Below are positions 39,258 to 55,030 of a stretch of DNA of 64,000 nt, piece after piece (position 1 is the stretch's first letter; every line of letters starts with the position of its first letter). The notes under the pieces are model-generated. The model ran no database searches. It had not been told where the DNA came from and was given only the letters and a program-made list of their open reading frames with translations. The stretch comes from Eledone cirrhosa (Eukaryota), in assembly GCA_964016885.1 (NCBI GenBank), contig OZ024750.1, forward strand, positions 52,204,001-52,268,000, given 5' to 3'. The position numbers and the translations under genes were made by a program.

Positions 39258-39875
39258 TTATTTAATTAAAATACACTGCATTTCATTAGAGTGGGTCCTA
39301 CTTAAATAGTTCCCTTCTCAGTTTTCACCTCTTCATCTCCCCCCCCCCCTTCCCTCTCAACATTAATTATTCTCCATCACTGCTTCCTTCCATTCCACTG
39401 AAATTAGAGGTTCTATTTATGTATTCTTCAAATAGTTCTCTTAAAGTTTGGTGAATTCTTTATATAGCAGTCAATCCTGCTGTAATACTCCCACACACTC
39501 ACACCACTGCTAGACTATTTATTTGTCACCAAACTGTTTTAGCAAAGCAGCAGGTTTTCAAATCTTGTCAAAGGCATTGTGCTGCTGTTTTTATTAACCC
39601 TTTTAAAACCAAACCACCAAACTCTATTTTAAAATCTTTACATTTATCTAAAACCCTGTTTTTAGATTTTTTTTCTGCTCAATCACTACAGGAGTTAAAT
39701 TATATTAAATCTCTCCAAATTTTTGGTTATTTTCAAAATTATTTTATATTTAAAAGTTAACTTTGACAACATTTGAACTCAACCTAATGAACTAAAAGAA
39801 ATACCATTTTGTCTGGCACTAATGATTCAGCCAATCTTGTGAAGATATTCCATGCCAGTTAGTTTTGTAAATAAT

Positions 39876-40260
39876 ACCATCATCATTTTACGTCTGCTTT
39901 TCCCTGCTTGCAAAGGTGGGATGGGAACTGATTCTGGCTTGATTTCTACAGCTGGATGCCCTTCCTAACACCAACCTCATTTACAGTGAGTGCTGGGTGC
40001 TTTTTTTTCCCGTGGCGCCTACACGTCCACTTTACGGTGTGGGCTGGGTGCTTTTTTGCCATGGCACCTCCACGACCACTTTGGAGTGGAATGATAGGGA
40101 CCCCAGTCCTATCATCTCATTTCTACAGCTGAGTAAACTGGAGCAATGTGAAATAAAGTGTCCAGCTCAAGGAAACAACACATCATCCAGTTTGAGAATT
40201 GAACTCACAACCTTTCAATTGCAAGGCCAATGCTCTAACCACTAAGCCATGTGCCTCCAG
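39876..40260 (-). mobile_element. Family B SINE with RTE tail (full length)
   Basis: Reverse-complement match to 57890-58221. Confidence 0.88.
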
Positions 40261-41561
40261 GCTTAAGAAAAATGGTTTTGATGGAATCTACTTAGGTGCA
40301 GGCAGACCATGTAGTTAGTTAATTTTGCAACAATGTGGTTTTAACTTTGGTCCCATTTATGTGACTGTGTGGCACCTTGGGCAAGTATCTTCTACTGTAG
40401 CTTCAAGTTGAATGAAATATGGTGACAAGCTCATCATGTGTGTAAATGTGTCTGTTTAGTGTCTGAAGAAGTGGTTGATAAAATAAGTAGCAGGCTCAAA
40501 CAAAAGTACTGGAGTTAATATGGTTGACTATCCCTTCAAGGCAGTGGCCCCAGCATGGCTGCAGTCTGACTGAAACTAGTAAAAAGAGTTGGTTTATAGT
40601 CAAGGAATTGTCATATGTGATGTCCCATCTTGATTATACTGGCTTCCATTTTTAATTAGCATTGCAATTAATTATGTACTGTAAATTTGCACTTGTTGGT
40701 TGAAGAGAGAAGCACAAAGGTTGGCCTGACCATTAGTCATTACTGCCGAAGACATAGGTACTTGCTGGTTCAGCTGTTTAGTTAAACACTAGGTGGACTA
40801 CTAATGAAGAATTAACACCACATAAACTAGGAAATTCAACACACACGCACGCACACACGCACACTCTTTCACTCATATTTTTATACTCACTCACACTCAG
40901 TTATACTCTCTCACACACACAAAGAAAAGAAATAAAACTATTATTTTGGTATTTAGGACCAGTCTTATTGTGACCTTTATATGATCTCAACACAGACCAA
41001 ATGTTTTTACTAAGTTAAATTAATTTCATTCAGATATCCTGCTCCCCCCCCCCTTTTTTTTTTCTTCTTCGTCTATTTACTAAACCTGTTATTTAACTAA
41101 ATTCTTCAAACCACACTAGTCATCATCATCATCATCATCATCATCATACGTCCGCTTTTCCCTGCATATATACTTTGTAACTGTAACTAAAGTTGTCTCT
41201 AATCACCCTTCTTTCTCGCTTGTTTTACAAATTTAAAATATTTCTGTAATTCTGGGTGACCTGTAAAAACTATGGAAACCTTTTTAAAAGTACATTGAAA
41301 TTGTTTATGCAATTAACATCTGCTTAATTAGAAAAAAGAAAACAAAAACAGTTAATTATTCCTGTCCACACAATGTTTTGGGTGATAAGGAAGGGAGAGA
41401 GAACAATAAATTAAAATCAGAACTAAGATTTCAGTCTTAAGTCAGAGAAAAACATGTGGGTGTAAGAGAAAAACATGTGGGTGTATGTATTAAAAAGTTC
41501 AAATTATAAAAGTTTGTTGGGAATATTTTCATGGGTATACATAATACCAATTATGCTGTAA

Positions 41562-44500
41562 AGTGGTGGTGGTGTGAGATGTAATGTTGTAGTACTGTAG
41601 TGGTGGTGGTGGTGTGTGAGGTGTAATGTTGTAGTGGTGGTGGTGGTGTGTGAGGTGTAATGTTGTGGTGTGTGAGATGTAATGTTGTAGTACTGTAGTG
41701 GTGGTGGTGGTGTGTGAGATGTAATGTTGTAGTACTGTAGTGGTGGTGGTGGTGTGTGAGATGTAATGTTGTAGTACTGTAGTGGTGGTGGTGTGTGAGA
41801 TGTAATGTTGTAGTACTGTAGTGGTGGTGGTGTGTGAGATGTAATGTTGTAGTACTGTAGTAGTAGTGGTGGTGGTGTGTGAGATGTAATGTTGTAGTAC
41901 TGTAGTAGTGGTGGTGGTGTGTGAGATGTAATGTTGTAGTACTGTAGTGGTGGTGGTGTGTGAGATGTAATGTTGTAGTACTGTAGTGGTGGTGGTGTGT
42001 GAGATGTAATGTTGTAGTACTGTAGTGGTGGTGGTGGTGTGTGAGATGTAATGTTGTAGTACTGTAGTGGTGGTGGTGGTGGTGGTGTGTGAGATGTAAT
42101 GTTGTAGTACTGTAGTAGTGGTAGTGGTGTGTGAGATGTAATGTAGTAGTACTGTAGTGGTGGTGGTGGTGTGTTAGATGTAATGTTGTAGTACTGTAGT
42201 AGTAGTAGTGGTGGTGGTGTGTGAGATGTAATGTTGTAGTACTGTAGTGGTGGTGGTGGTGTGAGATGTAATGTTGTAGTACTGTAGTGGTGGTGGTGGT
42301 GGTGTGTGAGGTGTAATGTTGTAGTACTGTAGTAGTAGTGGTGGTGGTGTGTGAGATGTAATGTTGTAGTACTGTAGTGGTGGTGGTGTGTGAGATGTAA
42401 TGTTGTAGTACTGTAGTGGTGGTGGTGGTGGTGTGTGAGGTGTAATGTTGTAGTACTGTAGTGGTGGTGGTGGTGGTGGTGGTGTGTGAGGTGTAATGTT
42501 GTAGTACTGTGATGGTGGTGGTGGTGTGTGAGATGTAATGTTGTAGTACTGTAGTGGTGGTGGTGTGTGAGATGTAATGTTGTAGTACTGTAGTGGTGGT
42601 GTGTGAGATGTAATGTTGTAGTACTGTGATGGTGGTGGTGGTGTGTGAGATGTAATGTTGTAGTACTGTAGTGGTGGTGGTGTGTGAGATGTAATGTTGT
42701 AGTACTGTAGTGGTGGTGTGTGAGATGTAATGTTGTAGTAGTGGTAGTGGTGTGTGAGATGTAATGTTGTAGTACTGTAGTGGTGGTGTGTGAGATGTAA
42801 TGTTGTAGTACTGTAGTGGTGGTGTGTGAGATGTAATGTTGTAGTACTGTGATGGTGGTGGTGGTGTGTGAGATGTAATGTTGTAGTACTGTAGTGGTGG
42901 TGGTGTGTGAGATGTAATGTTGTAGTACTGTAGTGGTGGTGGTGGTGTGTGAGATGTAATGTAGTAGTACTGTAGTGGTGGTGGTGGTGTGTGAGGTGTA
43001 ATGTTGTAGTACTATAGTGGTGGTGGTGGTGTGTGAGGTGTAATGTTGTAGTACTGTAGTAGTGGTGGTGGTGTGTGAGATGTAATGTTGTAGTACTGTA
43101 GTGGTGGTGGTGGTGTGTGAGATGTAATGTAGTAGTACTGTAGTGGTGGTGGTGGTGTGTGAGATGTAATGTTGTAGTGGTGGTGGTGGTGTGTGAGATG
43201 TAATGTTGTAGTACTGTAGTAGTGGTGGTGGTGTGTGAGATGTAATGTTGTAGTACTGTAGTAGTGGTGGTGGTGTGCGAGATGTAATGTTGTAGTACTG
43301 TAGTAGTGGTCATGGTGTGTGAGATGTAATGTTGTAGTACTGTAGTGGTGGTGGTGGTGGTGTGTGAGGTGTAATGTTGTAGTACTGTAGTAGTGGTGGT
43401 GGTGTGAGATGTAATGTTGTAGTACTGTAGTAGTGGTGGTGGTGTGTGAGATGTAATGTTGTAGTACTGTAGTAGTAGTGGTGGTGGTGTGTGAGATGTA
43501 ATGTTGTAGTACTGTAGTGGTGGTGGTGGTGTGTGAGGTGTAATGTTGTAGTACTGTAGTGGTGGTGGTGGTGGTGTGAGATGTAATGTAGTAGTACTGT
43601 AGTAGTGGTGGTGGTGTGTGAGATGTAATGTTGTAGTAGTGGTGGTGGTGTGTGAGATGTAATGTAGTAGTGGTGTGTGAGGTGTAATGTTGTAGTACTG
43701 TAGTAGTGGTGGTGGTGGTGTGAGATGTAATGTTGTAGTACTATAGTAGTGGTGGTGGTGGTGTGTGAGATGTAATGTTGTAGTACTGTAGTGGTGGTGG
43801 TGGTGGTGTGTGAGATGTAATGTTGTAGTACTGTAGTAGTAGTGGTGGTGTGAGATGTAATGTAGTAGTACTGTAGTAGTAGTAGTGGTGGTGGTGTGTG
43901 AGATGTAATGTTGTAGTACTGTAGTAGTGGTGGTGGTGTGTGAGATGTAATGTTGTAGTACTGTAGTAGTGGTGGTGGTGTGTGAGATGTAATGTAGTAG
44001 TGGTAGTGGTGGTGTGTGAGATGTAATGTTGTAGTACTGTAGTGGTGGTGGTGGTGTGTGAGATGTAATGTTGTAGTACTGTAGTGGTGGTGGTGGTGTG
44101 TGAGATGTAATGTTGTTGTAGTAGTGGTGGTGGTGTGTGAGGTGTAATGTTGTAGTAGTGGTGGTGGTGTGTGAGGTGTAATGTTGTAGTACTGTAGTAG
44201 TGGTGGTGGTGTGTGAGATGTAATGTTGTTGTAGTAGTGGTGGTGGTGTGTGAGGTGTAATGTTGTAGTACTGTAGTAGTGGTGGTGGTGTGTGAGATGT
44301 AATGTTGTAGTACTGTAGTAGTGGTGGTGGTGGTGTGTGAGGTGTAATGTTGTAGTACTGTAGTAGTGGTGGTGGTGTGTGAGATGTAATGTTGTAGTAC
44401 TGTAGTAGTGGTGGTGGTGTGTGAGATGTAATGTTGTAGTGGTGGTGGTGTGTGAGGTGTAATGTTGTAGTACTGTAGTGGTGGTGGTGGTGTGTGAGAT

Positions 44501-47500
44501 GTAATGTTGTAGTACTGTAGTAGTGGTGGTGGTGTGTGAGATGTAATGTTGTAGTACTGTAGTGGTGGTGGTGGTGGTGTGTGAGGTGTAATGTTGTAGT
44601 ACTGTAGTAGTGGTGGTGGTGTGTGAGATGTAATGTTGTAGTACTGTAGTAGTGGTGGTGGTGTGTGAGATGTAATGTTGTAGTACTGTAGTAGTGGTGG
44701 TGGTGGTGTGTGAGATGTAATGTAGTAGTGGTGGTGGTGGTGTGTGAGATGTAATGTTGTAGTACTGTAGTAGTGGTGGTGGTGTGTGAGATGTAATGTT
44801 GTAGTACTGTAGTAGTGGTGGTGGTGTGTGAGATGTAATGTAGTAGTGGTGGTGGTGGTGTGTGAGATGTAATGTTGTAGTACTGTAGTAGTGGTGGTGG
44901 TGTGTGAGAGGTAATGTTGTAGTACTGTAGTAGTGGTGGTGGTGTGTGAGATGTAATGTAGTAGTGGTGGTGGTGGTGTGTGAGATGTAATGTTGTAGTA
45001 CTGTAGTAGTGGTGGTGGTGTGTGAGATGTAATGTTGTAGTACTGTAGTAGTGGTGGTGGTGTGTGAGATGTAATGTAGTAGTGGTGGTGGTGGTGTGTG
45101 AGATGTAATGTTGTAGTACTGTAGTAGTGGTGGTGGTGTGTGAGAGGTAATGTTGTAGTACTGTAGTAGTGGTGGTGGTGTGTGAGATGTAATGTAGTAG
45201 TGGTGGTGGTGGTGTGTGAGATGTAATGTTGTAGTACTGTAGTAGTGGTGGTGGTGGTGTGAGATGTAATGTTGTAGTACTGTAGTAGTGGTGGTGGTGT
45301 GTGAGATGTAATGTAGTAGTGGTGGTGGTGGTGTGTGAGATGTAATGTTGTAGTACTGTAGTGGTGGTGGTGGTGTGAGAGAGGTAATGTTGTAGTACTG
45401 TAGTAGTAGTGGTGGTGTGTGAGATGTAATGTAGTAGTGGTGGTGGTGGTGGTGGTGTGTGAGATGTAATGTTGTAGTACTGTAGTAGTGGTGGTGGTGG
45501 TGTGTGAGATGTAATGTTGTAGTACTGTAGTAGTAGTGGTGGTGTGTGAGATGTCATGTAGTAGTACTGTAGTAGTAGTGGTGGTGGTGGTGTGTAGTGG
45601 TGGTGGTGTGTAATGTTGTAGTGGTGGTGGTGTGTGAGGTGTAATGTTGTAGTACTGTGGTGGTGGTGTGTGAGATGTAATGTAGTAGTACTGTAGTGGT
45701 GGTGGTGTGTGAGATGTAATGTTGTAGTACTGTAGTAGTAGTGGTGGTGGTGTGTGAGATGTAATGTAGTAGTACTGTAGTGGTGGTGGTGGTGTGTGAG
45801 ATGTAATGTTGTAGTACTGTAGTAGTAGTGGTGGTGGTGTGTGAGATGTAATGTAGTAGTACTGTAGTGGTGGTGGTGTGTGAGATGTAATGTAGTAGTA
45901 CTGTAGTGGTGGTGGTGTGTGAGATGTAATGTTGTAGTACTGTAGTGGTGGTGGTGTGTGAGATGTAATGTAGTAGTACTGTAGTGGTGGTGGTGTGTGA
46001 GATGTAATGTTGTAGTACTGTAGTGGTGGTGGTGTGTGAGATGTAATGTTGTAGTAGTGGTGGTGGTGTGTGAGATGTAATGTAGTAGTACTGTAGTGGT
46101 GGTGGTGTGTGAGATGTAATGTTGTAGTACTGTAGTGGTGGTGGTGTGTGAGATGTAATGTTGTAGTACTGTAGTGGTGGTGGTGTGTGAGATGTAATGT
46201 TGTAGTACTGTAGTGGTGGTGGTGGTGGTGTCATCATCATCATCATCAGGTTTAGCGTCCGTGTTCCACGCTTGCACGGGTTTGGACGGGGGTTTTCCCA
46301 CTTGAGGCAAGAGTGGTTGTCTTGCTTGCATAGGACTTTCTGGCGGGTTTTCTACAGTTGGATGCTCTTCCTAACACCAACCATATTTACAGTGTGGGGC
46401 TGGGAGGTTTTTACCGTGTTGCCTACACGGCCACATTACAGCGTGGACTATCTGGCGGGTTTTCTACAGCTGGATGCCCTTCCTAACACCAACCACATTT
46501 ACAGTGTGGGGCTGGGAGGTTTTTACCGTGTTGCCTACACGGCCACATTTACAGCGTGGACTGTGTGTTTTTTTGTCGTGACACCTACACGATCTCATTT
46601 GTTTCGGCCTGGATGTTGTGGGACCAACATAACTTTACATTGAAAGGGGCGGTGTGGATGGGGTCGAGGTGGTGGGACGGGGGGGGGGGGGGGTTGATAG
46701 AGATGCCTACTGACTGTAGTAGGTTTTTACTTTGTATTTAGGTAAGGCCGGTCTTCTCTATTACTGAGTACCGCCAAAGGTCTCGGTCCAGTGACATTGT
46801 CTTGGAGAGGTGTGAGGTCGGAATTTATCAGCTCGTCCCATGTTTTTCTGGGTCTGCCTACTCCGTGGCTACCGTCTATCTTTATTGCCCTGCACTTTGT
46901 TATACAGCTGTCGTCTTTCATGCGCATCACGTGACCGTACCAACGTAGCCTTCTCTCGAGTAAACATCTGATCCCTCTTATTTCTAATTTTTTCCTTAGT
47001 TCGTTTATGCTTTGCCGTTCACGTATATTACTATTGCACATCCAGCGGAGCATGCAAGCTTCGTTCCTCTCTAGTCTGCGTATATCCTCTGCACACAATG
47101 CCCAGGTCTCACTGCCATGCAGCATTGCTGTTCGTATGCAGGCATCGTATAACCTGCCTTTCATTTTTAGGGAGAACCCTCTAGCGGCTAATAGTGGTAT
47201 AAGCTCTCTGAACTTTTTCCATCCAGTTCTGACTCTAGCTACTGTACTTTCAGAGCACCCTCCCCCATTGCTGATTTTGTCACCCAGGTAACGGAAGCTG
47301 TCCACTATTTCTATAGAACCCTCTGCGCAGTTGAAGGAGCTAGTATTTTGTGGGCACTTGCTGCTACTTATTGCACCAGAGCACCGGCCACATGTAAAAT
47401 CTATGTTCTTAGTTAGCTTACCTAGGTGTGTGAGATGTAATGTTGTAGTGGTGGTGGTGGTGTGTGAGATGTAATGTTGTAGTACTGTAGTGGTGGTGGT

Positions 47501-47641
47501 GTGTGAGATGTAATGTTGTAGTACTGTGGTGGTGGTGGTGTGTGAGATGTAATGTTGTAGTACTGTGGTGGTGGTGGTGGTGGTGGTGTGAGATGTAATG
47601 TTGTAGTACTGTAGTGGTGGTGGTGTGTAAGATGTAATGTT
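41562..47641. repeat. GT-rich minisatellite (~39-bp unit GTGTGAGATGTAATGTTGTAGTACTGTAGT(GGT)n), split by a LINE at 46231-47423
   Basis: >100 tandem units; explains the 1385-aa T/H/Y ORF. Confidence 0.97.
46231..47423 (-). mobile_element. 5'-truncated RTE LINE (RT C-terminus plus complete 3' UTR)
   Basis: VDSFRYLGD, GWKKFREL, MLHGSETW, RRLRWYGHVMRM and GRPRKTW; tail (GAT)n; ~112-bp tandem duplication at 46339-46562. Confidence 0.93.
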
Positions 47642-48467
47642 CAAATTACTGTGAGATATAACATGATACACATCTATAGACAATGTAACAATGATATGTA
47701 TATTGTGATATTGAAATCATATATGACTAGGATGTGTGGGCTATGATCTGGAAATCTTAGAATAAACTGATGACTGTTTGTTTTTATTTTGTGATTATAG
47801 TAATTGAACAACAAAAATAAACCTACACACACATCAGCTATATACATATAACCCCTCTATTTAATAAGTCCCTTACACACACACACACTTTAGGATCAAC
47901 TATATACATACAACTCCTCTATTTAATAAGTCCCTTACACACACACACTTTAGGATCAACTATATATATACAGCCCCTCTATTTAAAGACATTCTCTAAG
48001 AATCACCCCAATCCTAAGAAACCCTGAATATACATAATGGAAACTGCTGAATGGGAAGAGCTGACAACTGTATGTAATATGGTTTATTGGTTGTGTAAAA
48101 TGTAAAAGAGATCAACATTAGTAGTAGCATCTACCTGTTAGATTTACACATGAATAGCTTCACAGCCTACACCTGTTAGAAGGCATCACAGCAGCTCCTG
48201 GAATACAGAGGTTATGGTTTCTATCAAGGTTTTCTATAGAAATCTTCTTAACTGACATAATTAAAGAAACAATACTTATTAAGGTTTCTTCACAGTACCT
48301 ATTAACAATTGCCATCCATTGTCTCCTTTAATGTCAGCAGCTTCCTACACACAGTAGGAAGATAAGTGTGTGTGTGTTCACAAAGAGTTTAAGGGGAAAG
48401 ATGGGAAGAAAAAAAATAGATGAAATTAAGATAGTGGGAAAGAGGAACAGAAATATCTCTTTATTTA

Positions 48468-50852
<2,385 letters not shown>

Positions 50853-51131
50853 ACATTATATATTCCCCTGATGAGACTTGAGAATGTCAAGTTCCAGCAG
50901 GCAGGCTCTCTGTAGGAAATATGCTTTTTAACTATATACTCGTATGTGTGTGTACATATATGCGCACACGTACACATATATATGCATGTATGTGTGTATG
51001 TATATATATATTGCAGAAGAATGTTGTAACTTCTTGAGGATAAGCCAGTCCCAGCACTTCACGTCACTAGATTATCCCAGGTAGGTGATTATGAGTCACG
51101 GAGTATTCATTTATCAAATAAGAGTAGTTAA

Positions 51132-53744
51132 TCCTTTCGTTACCATATTTCTGACCAAAATACACCCTTATGTGTTTCAATTAATTTCTAACATAATCAT
51201 AAATTTAGTCTGGTTTCATTAAACAACTCTAACTTTTTTATTTATCAACATATTAATGTGATTTTTGGAAGAAAATTTAACGAAAGGTTCTCAACCAATT
51301 CTTTTCCATAATTTTTGTCTCAAAGTGACTCTAATTACAGGTAAATACAGGTAAATTCAACAAAATATGAAATTATTTAAATTTTGTTCAAACATCGCGA
51401 TAGAAAATGGGTTATTAGCTAATATTCAATTGGGTATACAACAAAATTTTACTATAGAAGAGTTGTGCACATTACTGGATTTATCAGGTGAATTTAAACA
51501 CATAAAAAAGACAGGTGTACCGTAAAGGTATAAATAAAACGAAAGACTGGAATTTGTCTGTGAAGAAAACTAGAAAACAAAATACACACGCACCATCAAC
51601 TAGATTAAATAAGCTCTGCCACATGCATAGATATGCAGAAATATACAATAATGATATACAAAAGAAATTAATCAAAACTCGTTACTCACCTTACAGGTAA
51701 ATTAAAATTACACATAAATAAAAATAAAAACGAAGTAAATTTGAAAATATTAATAAAATCAAATTACACATATATACAAATCAAACAATATTCCTATCAT
51801 GAAAACTTGTAAAGCACCCTGCTCTACATCATGCAACCTTGCAGAATGCACATTGGAAAGTTGTTTCAACAGACCTTCCACTTAGGAGCTTTCCTTTTTT
51901 GATGAAGGCATTCACAACGCTGCCTTTTGCGTTTTGCGACCCTCGATTTTTTTTTTTTTTTTTATTTTTTTTTTTTATCTTTTTTCTAATTTATGGAGAT
52001 CAGCTGAATTCAATTCAGAGGGATATCCCTCTGGCAGGGTTTGTTTCTTTTCTCCCTACAGTTATTTTTTTTTAGGAATAACCGGCTCTTAATTGTGTTG
52101 CTATATCTGCTCGGAACTGCAGATGGTCACATCGCTTTTGAGCCGGTCCCGATTTGGTATATAGTATAAACGCATTAGTAATACTCATATTTACTATATA
52201 CCAAACCAGGTATCGCCACCATTTATTCCCCGATCTGCCAACTGGATAATAAGACATCATCTGATTCATCCGATCTACACCACCCATGTACCTGTTATAA
52301 TCGAGATTCACAAATGGGGTGCCATTTTCATCCACATGTGGCCGTGCACAGGTAGAGAGAAAATTGATCTGCCTCTTATCTCTGTATGCAGTCGCTAGCA
52401 AATTTCCTTTCTGCCGTTGAATTATTTCACCTTTTTTTTTTTTTTAAATTTTGCTTTTCTTATATCCAACGGCAGTTCTTTTCTATTAGCGATCACTGTA
52501 GCACATGTATGTGTTGCCACAGTATCTAAATTCTCCGCAAGTTTGACCGAACTGAAAAACCGGTCAAAAAATGGTTATGGTATGGAAGTGATAAATTCCA
52601 GACCACATCATACCCTAGGCCATGCTGACTTAGATAATTGTCTCTTTTGCCAGTATAAAATTCAAATCCAGAGCAGTACCCAGTATTCGATTTCAAATTT
52701 TCCAAATTTTGATCCCCCATTTTGTGGGCTTTTCTGGCATATATTGTCGAAAACGCACTCAGCCTTTATAGCCCACCATACCTTCATCAATAGATAAATA
52801 TCTCCCTGGTTTGTAAACTATTTTATATGTGTTTTGAACACAGTCAATGAGGGGTCTTATTTTAAATAAGGAATCATAGTTTGGTTCTCCATGTACTGGT
52901 GTACTGCTCGTGTCTCTTACATGTAAATATTGCGTCAATTTTAAAAACCGTGTCCTCGTCATTATACTTGCGACATTCATCTCCAAAGGGTTCATCGCTA
53001 CTCCAGTAATTTGTAATTCTGGGTAGCTTTCTAATGCCCATAATAATATTTATGGCAAAATAAGCTCTAATTTCATTTAAGCTTGTAGGAAACCACAAAC
53101 TATCCTTTTTTTCGCTTTGTTTACTTTCAGCGTAAGGGTTTGTTTCCGCCGTAATGATTTCAAACAAGCTCATAGGAAAAAGTAAAAGGAAATAGTCTAA
53201 AGCTTTGCTCTCCTGGGATAGACTGTGACTTGGTCCAGTTTCTTCACATTTTTACTCCATTCAGGTGCCAATTCATTTTCTTTATCGCTGTCATCGGAGC
53301 TCTCGGATTCACTGTTTTCACTTTCGGAAAATGAAACATCGGATTCATTATCAAATACCACATGCTTTTTTTTTTTCAGTTATAGAGTTAGATTTTTCAA
53401 GTTCTTCAGTGGAAAATCCTTCGAATTCTGACTCGCTGCTTGACAGAATGAAATTGGTATCCATTTTTTGTCAGAATTACAAATTTTCAAAACATAACAG
53501 GAACAAATTTGGAAAAAAATCTCCCAAAATTCACAGAATTAAAATAACACGTCGATCGTAGTCCAAAACTGTAGCTCAATTGTTTACGCAGTATAAGCAC
53601 GTGTTTTCACGAATGTACTAACGAGATTTGCTCTGATATTCTCATTTAAATATGAATGTGTGAGTATGGGTGGTTTTGGGCCGCTTGGTCACATGAACCA
53701 AAATTTTTTTTCAGGCGGCTTTGGGCGGTTTGGTAACGAAAGGG
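51132..53744 (-). mobile_element. Near-full-length decayed piggyBac (PGBD4-like) transposon, 2.6 kb
   Basis: TTAA at 51128-51131 and 53745-53748; TIRs TCCTTTCGTTACC/GGTAACGAAAGGG; ATG at 53464 (MDTNFILSSSESEFEGF), SIDEGMVGYKG, DRFF, YNRYMGGVDRMNQ, KWWRYLVWY and a Cys-rich C-terminus; many frameshifts. Confidence 0.93.
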
Positions 53745-53761
53745 TTAAGATGGGGTTATTC

Positions 53762-53810
53762 CATGATATATATTTCTATTACATGGTTATTCATGTGACT
53801 TCATCAGATG
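53762..53810 (-). ncRNA. Minimal type I hammerhead ribozyme-like motif
   Basis: Minus strand: CAT CTGATGA AGTCACATG AATAAC CATGTAATA GAAA TATATA TC ATG; stem I is only 3 bp. Confidence 0.6.
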
Positions 53811-54204
53811 TTTACGCAGTCATTGGGATATGCTGGTGACCATGTATGTCGGCCGACATCACTACATGATAGTTATACATGGCCACCACTACTGCTGAGA
53901 TTTGTCAGACTGCTAAGCAACAGTGGGACTAATTGTCTATGCATGGCATAAACAAATGTCACAGCTTGCTTTAAAAGGTGTCAAGACACACTCACACATA
54001 AACACAGACACATATATCTATGACCCATAAGAATTTCATAAAACTCTGATCTAGGTGAGCTTTCTGCTGTATTATGGTGTACATAGGTAGGATGTTGTTT
54101 ATAGTGAATTGAATGGTGGGGTAGTGTGGTGGTGTGACTGGTGAAAAGTGTTGGTGGTAGTGGTGGATAGTGGTGCTACATATATATATCTAGATAGACA
54201 GGTA

Positions 54205-54284
54205 TTTATTAAGGCTAAATAGTCAGTCTTGCTACTCTGGAGTTACACCTGCTTCTCCAAGACTCACTATTTAGCCTTAATAAA
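54205..54284. repeat. 80-bp hairpin, 27-bp arms (26/27 paired), 26-nt loop
   Basis: TTTATTAAGGCTAAATAGTCAGTCTTG ... CAAGACTCACTATTTAGCCTTAATAAA. Confidence 0.9.
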
Positions 54285-54644
54285 ATATTTAAACTCTACT
54301 TTGGTATTGAGTACTCTTTTCTCTGTCATCAACTACATACAGATATATATAAGTTGAGCTCATGGACGTTATCCAACCATCTTGCTCAGTCTCCTGTCGG
54401 TTGGTTTTGCCCATAAAATCTAACGATATTCTTTCCTTAGATATTCCAACCACATGTCTGTAATATCAGAGCTGAGATTTCTCAATTTGGAGATAAAGCT
54501 GCTCTTCCTGAGGTGACACTCTGGTCTCCGAGCTCTACACTCTACCAAGCAACATTGTTCAAAAGACCCTTTAGAGAACCCCATTTCAGCTGCTTGTATT
54601 TCATAATTGTATTCTTTAAATTATTGCCCAAGGTTCCTGGGTAG

Positions 54645-55030
54645 ACAGGAACACCGAATTGATGATAGTGACTTTGGCTTTTACACCTACCGCAATTCTT
54701 CTGACTGAATACTGAAGTTAGCACATTGCTGCACCGACTCCTGCAACTCGTGCATTTCAGCCTCCTGCCTTCGTAAACATGGCCCCAAGATATCTGAACT
54801 TCTCTACCTGCTTCAGTGGAACTCCACATGTAGTGTGTACTGGCGCATGCTTCCTTGAGAGGACGAGTGTCTCAGTCTTTGCTGTGCAGTACTCTGCAGT
54901 AGTTTATTACTGATCGGAATTAGATGACAGAATGAATTGAAGTTCTTCATTGCTCAACATTGCCTCCCTGTCTGTAAGTTTTCATATATTTAGTCAGACA
55001 AGACTAGTGCACCTGACTCGTTGCAGACCT
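54645..55030 (-). pseudogene. Ancient RTE-type RT C-terminal fragment
   Basis: Manual minus-strand translation gives GVPLKQVEKFRYLGAMFT...KAKVTIINSVF. Confidence 0.55.

Noticed and set aside
42174-46331. 1385-aa His/Thr-rich ORF
   Set aside because: Translation of a minisatellite; its start lies in a LINE tail
50868-50897. Hammerhead (CTGATGA plus GACTTGA/TCAAGTT hairpin)
   Set aside because: No GAAA or cleavage triplet after stem II
51790-53464. Domesticated PGBD host gene
   Set aside because: Multiple frameshifts and stops, with TIRs and TTAA retained: a decayed transposon
53820-53890. Next WDR77 exon (HWDML...)
   Set aside because: Wrong phase for the acceptor, a stop in the correct phase, no polypyrimidine tract and no MEP50 similarity
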